A DNA stretch of 61,739 bases, filler included. It is 5 parts of 5 records of this genome, joined end to end, with 100 filler letters (N's around TTAATTAATTAA, not from the genome) between each part and the next. Parts side by side here need not be neighbours in the genome. Positions count along the whole stretch, not along the records: positions 56,326 to 61,739 come from SRR31156797_5777; 4 more parts are not named here. One strand, 5' to 3'. A program made the translations under genes and the position numbers. Positions 58,751 to 61,739 of this stretch are shown here, in pieces (position 1 is the first letter of the stretch; each line of letters opens with the position of its first letter). The notes under the pieces were generated by a model. The model ran no database searches. It had not been told where the DNA came from and was given only the letters and a program-made list of their open reading frames with translations.

Positions 58751-59578
58751 CTACGATCGTACCGTCCCATGCAAGCGCTTGAGCATTTTCACAAGGGGTT
58801 TCACATCGGTGAGAGGCAATGAATTGGGTCCATCGCAGAGGGCACAATCCGGATCAGGGTGGATTTCCATAAAAACGCCGTTGGCGCCCGCCGCCACAGC
58901 CGCCTTTGCAAGACACCCCACAAACTCCCGCTGTCCTCCGGAACGGTCCCCCGCACCACCCGGTAACTGCACGCTGTGCGTGGCGTCAAACACAATTGGG
59001 AAGCCCAGCCTCTCCATGATGGACAACGACCTCATGTCAACCACCAGGTTATTATAACCAAAAGAAAACCCTCTCTCCGTAATGAGGATATTCCGGTTTC
59101 CGGCGGCGATGACTTTCTCTGTGATGGGCCCCATCTCAAAAGGGGAAATAAACTGGCCTTTTTTAATATTCACGGGGATTCCGAATTTCGCCACATGCCC
59201 GATGAAATCGGTCTGGCGGCACAAGAATGCCGGGATCTGAATCACATCCAGAACCCGGGCGGCTTTCTCCACCTCACTTTTGTGATGCACATCCGACAAA
59301 ACAGGTAATCCCATCTGCTGTTTGACCTTTTGAAGGATATGGAGACCTTCTTCAAGACCGGGACCTCGGTAGGACGTCAAAGAGGTCCGGTTGGCCTTAT
59401 CGTAAGAGGCCTTAAAAATAATCGGTATCCGGAGTTCATCACCCATTTCCTTCAAAAAACCGGCGATTTCCAGCACTCTGGATTCACTTTCAATGACGCA
59501 GGGTCCTGCTATCAAAAAAAATGGCCCCGCTGCTTCAATGGACAAATTGCCCGTATTAAATTTTTCTTCCATGTTCAT
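58751..59578 (-). CDS. kdsA: KDO 8-phosphate synthase
   Basis: [45 protein letters not shown] and EIHPDP..CDG. Confidence 0.97.
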   Translation of the reverse strand: MNMEEKFNTGNLSIEAAGPFFLIAGPCVIESESRVLEIAGFLKEMGDELRIPIIFKASYDKANRTSLTSYRGPGLEEGLHILQKVKQQMGLPVLSDVHHKSEVEKAARVLDVIQIPAFLCRQTDFIGHVAKFGIPVNIKKGQFISPFEMGPITEKVIAAGNRNILITERGFSFGYNNLVVDMRSLSIMERLGFPIVFDATHSVQLPGGAGDRSGGQREFVGCLAKAAVAAGANGVFMEIHPDPDCALCDGPNSLPLTDVKPLVKMLKRLHGTVRS

Positions 59579-59837
59579 GATTCCAACAAACCTGAAAAGT
59601 ATTTACTGAGGACAGATGATACGGATGGTTTTGAGGCCCCGGCTGATTCCTTCAAGGACTGTATGATGACATTGTTATCGCAAGGTCTCGGGAAAGTCAA
59701 GATTCCCAAACGCGAAACAACTTTTTCTTGTCATGTGAGACAAGAAGCCTTATCATGATTTTTTAAGCTTTTTTACAGTCTCCCGAGGTTGAAACTTCGC
59801 GTGACTGCTTATTTTCGGGGGGGAGGTCAATTACAAA

Positions 59838-61010
59838 ATGGCGAGAAAAAAAGTTTCCAAAACCATCGATGACATCAACAGGAAGATTAAAGAGGGAAAG
59901 GTTGTTGTGGTCACGGCCGATGAAATGGTCGGCATTGTCAAAAAAAATGGTGCTGAAAAAGCCGCGCAGGAAGTGGATGTGGTCACCACGGGAACCTTTT
60001 CGCCCATGTGTTCTTCCGGCGCCTTTATTAATTTCGGGCACACCAAACCCGGCATAAAAGCCGGCCGCACATGGTTGAACGACGTCCCTGCTTATGGGGG
60101 CCTGGCAGCGGTGGACTGTTATATGGGGGCCACGGAACCCAGGGAAGATGATCCATTGAACGGGGTTCACCCGGGACAATTTAAATACGGCGGCGGTCAC
60201 GTACTCCACGATCTGGTGGCGGGTAGGAAAGTGGAACTGCGTGCCAACGCCTATGGCACCGATTGCTACCCCAAAACCCAGGTAAAGAAAAAGCTTACCC
60301 TTTCAGACCTCCCCTACGCCATGATGCTCAACCCCAGAAACGCTTATCAAAACTACAATTGCGCCATTAACCTGACCAAAAAAACCATCTATACCTACAT
60401 GGGGGTTTTAAAGCCCAACGGGGGGAATGCCAATTACGCCACGGCCGGTGAGCTCAGTCCTCTTTTTAACGACCCCTACTATCGAACCATCGGTCTGGGA
60501 ACCAGAATATTTCTGGGCGGCGCCCAAGGATATGTCATTGCACCGGGTACACAGCATAATCCAAACGCTGAAAGGCATGAAAACGGCGTCCCTTTAACCC
60601 CTTCCGGCACCCTCATGGTGAGTGGAAATATGAAAGAGATGGATCCCAGATGGGTTGTGGGGGTCAGCATGCTGGGGTACGGCTGTTCCCTTGCCGTGGG
60701 ACTTGGAATTCCCATCCCCATTCTGGATGCGGAAATGGCTCAATATACCGGTGTTTCGGATGAAAATCTTTATACCCAGGTCATTGATTATGGAAATGAT
60801 TATCCAAAGGGAGAAGGAAAAAGCCTGGGCCAAGTCAGCTACGCGGATCTCAAAAACGGTATGATTCGGGTTAACGGGCAGGAAGTACCGGCAATTCCCA
60901 TTTCGTCCCACAAAAGATCCCTGGAGATTGCCAATATCCTCAAGGAGTGGGTGGAAAATGGAGAATTCCTGTTGACCCAACCCCAGGAAACCTTACCCAC
61001 TAAGGGTTGA
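59838..61010 (+). CDS. Homocysteine biosynthesis protein (DUF39; L-aspartate semialdehyde sulfurtransferase-like)
   Basis: INRKIKEGKVVVVTADE, VDVVTTGTFSPMCSSGA, YGGGHV, TDCYP, PRNAYQNY, TYMG, SPLFNDP and GTQHNP. Confidence 0.88.
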   Translation: MARKKVSKTIDDINRKIKEGKVVVVTADEMVGIVKKNGAEKAAQEVDVVTTGTFSPMCSSGAFINFGHTKPGIKAGRTWLNDVPAYGGLAAVDCYMGATEPREDDPLNGVHPGQFKYGGGHVLHDLVAGRKVELRANAYGTDCYPKTQVKKKLTLSDLPYAMMLNPRNAYQNYNCAINLTKKTIYTYMGVLKPNGGNANYATAGELSPLFNDPYYRTIGLGTRIFLGGAQGYVIAPGTQHNPNAERHENGVPLTPSGTLMVSGNMKEMDPRWVVGVSMLGYGCSLAVGLGIPIPILDAEMAQYTGVSDENLYTQVIDYGNDYPKGEGKSLGQVSYADLKNGMIRVNGQEVPAIPISSHKRSLEIANILKEWVENGEFLLTQPQETLPTKG

Positions 61011-61737
61011 GAACCTTGGCCAAAACCCTTTCCAGATCTTCCTTTTGATACGGTTTTGGCATTGCCCCGCAAAACCCATGGTTTTCGTAAAACGTCAGGA
61101 CCGGGTCATTAAAATAGCCGCTGGATACCACGGCTTTGACCCGGGGGTCCATGCGAAGCAATGCTTTTACCGCCTCGCGCCCTCCCATCCCTCCCTTTAC
61201 CGTCAAATCCAGGATGACGGCATCGAAGGGATTGCCCGATGCCATTGCCCTCTCATATTGCCGAATCGCTTCATTGCCGTCCTTTACGGCAACCGCCTCA
61301 TACCCCAAACGATTCAGCATATGTTCAGCCAACTGCCGCAACATTTCCTCATCATCCATGACCAGGATCCTTTTGCCTCTTAGCCGTTCACTGACGTTCG
61401 GCTGCACCCTCGCTTTGGAAATACGAATTGCCTGCGCTGATTTTTTTTCGGCATGTGCATGTACCGCCTCGTGCACCTGACCCTTTGAAGGTTTCGCGGG
61501 CAAATAGATCTGCACGGTTGTGCCGGCTCCCGGTTTCGAATCAATGGCAATATGCCCGTCATGCTTATCCACAATGGCGTGCGCAATGGCCAACCCCAAA
61601 CCCATCCCTTTCTGCGCCCCCATTTCCTTTGTTGAAAAATAGGGATCAAATATCTTCACAAGGTTCGCCTTGGATATCCCCACCCCGTGGTCGCTGATGG
61701 AAATCTTCAGGTATTGACCCGCATTCCCAAGTAAACC
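61000..61737 (-). CDS. Hybrid histidine kinase, C-terminal HATPase + receiver (5'-truncated by window edge)
   Basis: Frame is open to the edge (YLKISISDHGVGI), with IFDPYFSTK, GMGLGL, ILVMDDE and DAVILDL. Confidence 0.9.
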   Translation of the reverse strand, partial: GLLGNAGQYLKISISDHGVGISKANLVKIFDPYFSTKEMGAQKGMGLGLAIAHAIVDKHDGHIAIDSKPGAGTTVQIYLPAKPSKGQVHEAVHAHAEKKSAQAIRISKARVQPNVSERLRGKRILVMDDEEMLRQLAEHMLNRLGYEAVAVKDGNEAIRQYERAMASGNPFDAVILDLTVKGGMGGREAVKALLRMDPRVKAVVSSGYFNDPVLTFYENHGFCGAMPKPYQKEDLERVLAKVLNP

Positions 61738-61739
61738 TG

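Noticed and set aside
41947-61697. Numerous overlapping or antisense ORFs in the GC-rich contigs (e.g. 44587-45501, 46991-47719, 52655-53407, 58473-59057)
   Set aside because: They are shadow frames of well-supported genes, expected at high GC, and carry no recognisable motifs.

Overview
This window is not one locus. It is five contigs joined by four artificial 100-bp linkers (N44-TTAATTAATTAA-N44 at 7817-7916, 28281-28380, 41823-41922 and 56226-56325). (1) 1-7816 is AT-rich and Arcobacter/Campylobacterota-like: miaB, DUF374/lpxJ, a possible PilM-N-O-like fusion, two-component genes and mqnE. (2) 7917-28280 is Bacteroidota: a ~11.7-kb RiPP/secreted-glycoprotein-like cluster followed by housekeeping genes. 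(3) 28381-41822 is Bacteroidota: TonB receptor, dxs, OmpA/MotB, rSAM-SPASM, histidine kinases, frr, sdhCA. (4) 41923-56225 is GC-rich and Desulfobacterota-like: amino-acid ABC permease, RNase H, lpdA-gcvH-truncated lipA-lipB, split ADP-forming acyl-CoA synthetase, truA, DUF362, kinases. (5) 56326-61739 is Desulfobacterota-like: lptBAC, kdsC, kdsA, DUF39 homocysteine synthesis protein and a kinase fragment. The best candidate for an undescribed system is 7917-19617. It begins with an ORF missing from the supplied track, a double-glycine leader (..FTAIEKEEAKALKGG) plus an unusually long 112-aa Ser/Thr/aromatic-rich core with one Cys. This is followed by a LanC-like protein lacking the Zn ligands (no LanB visible), a complete C39-PCAT/HlyD/TolC exporter, four glycosyltransferase-like genes (GT2/GT7C-like, GT14+DUF707 fusion, GT90, DUF3405-like) and UDP-galactopyranose mutase. 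I infer a glycosylated, type-I-secreted peptide or mini-protein. Other notable signals are a diverged duplicate of a permease 3' end bracketing the RNase H gene, and a decaying lipoate module (lipA deletion-fusion, LpdA catalytic His to Pro). Taxonomy and family calls come from motif recognition by eye, not database searches.
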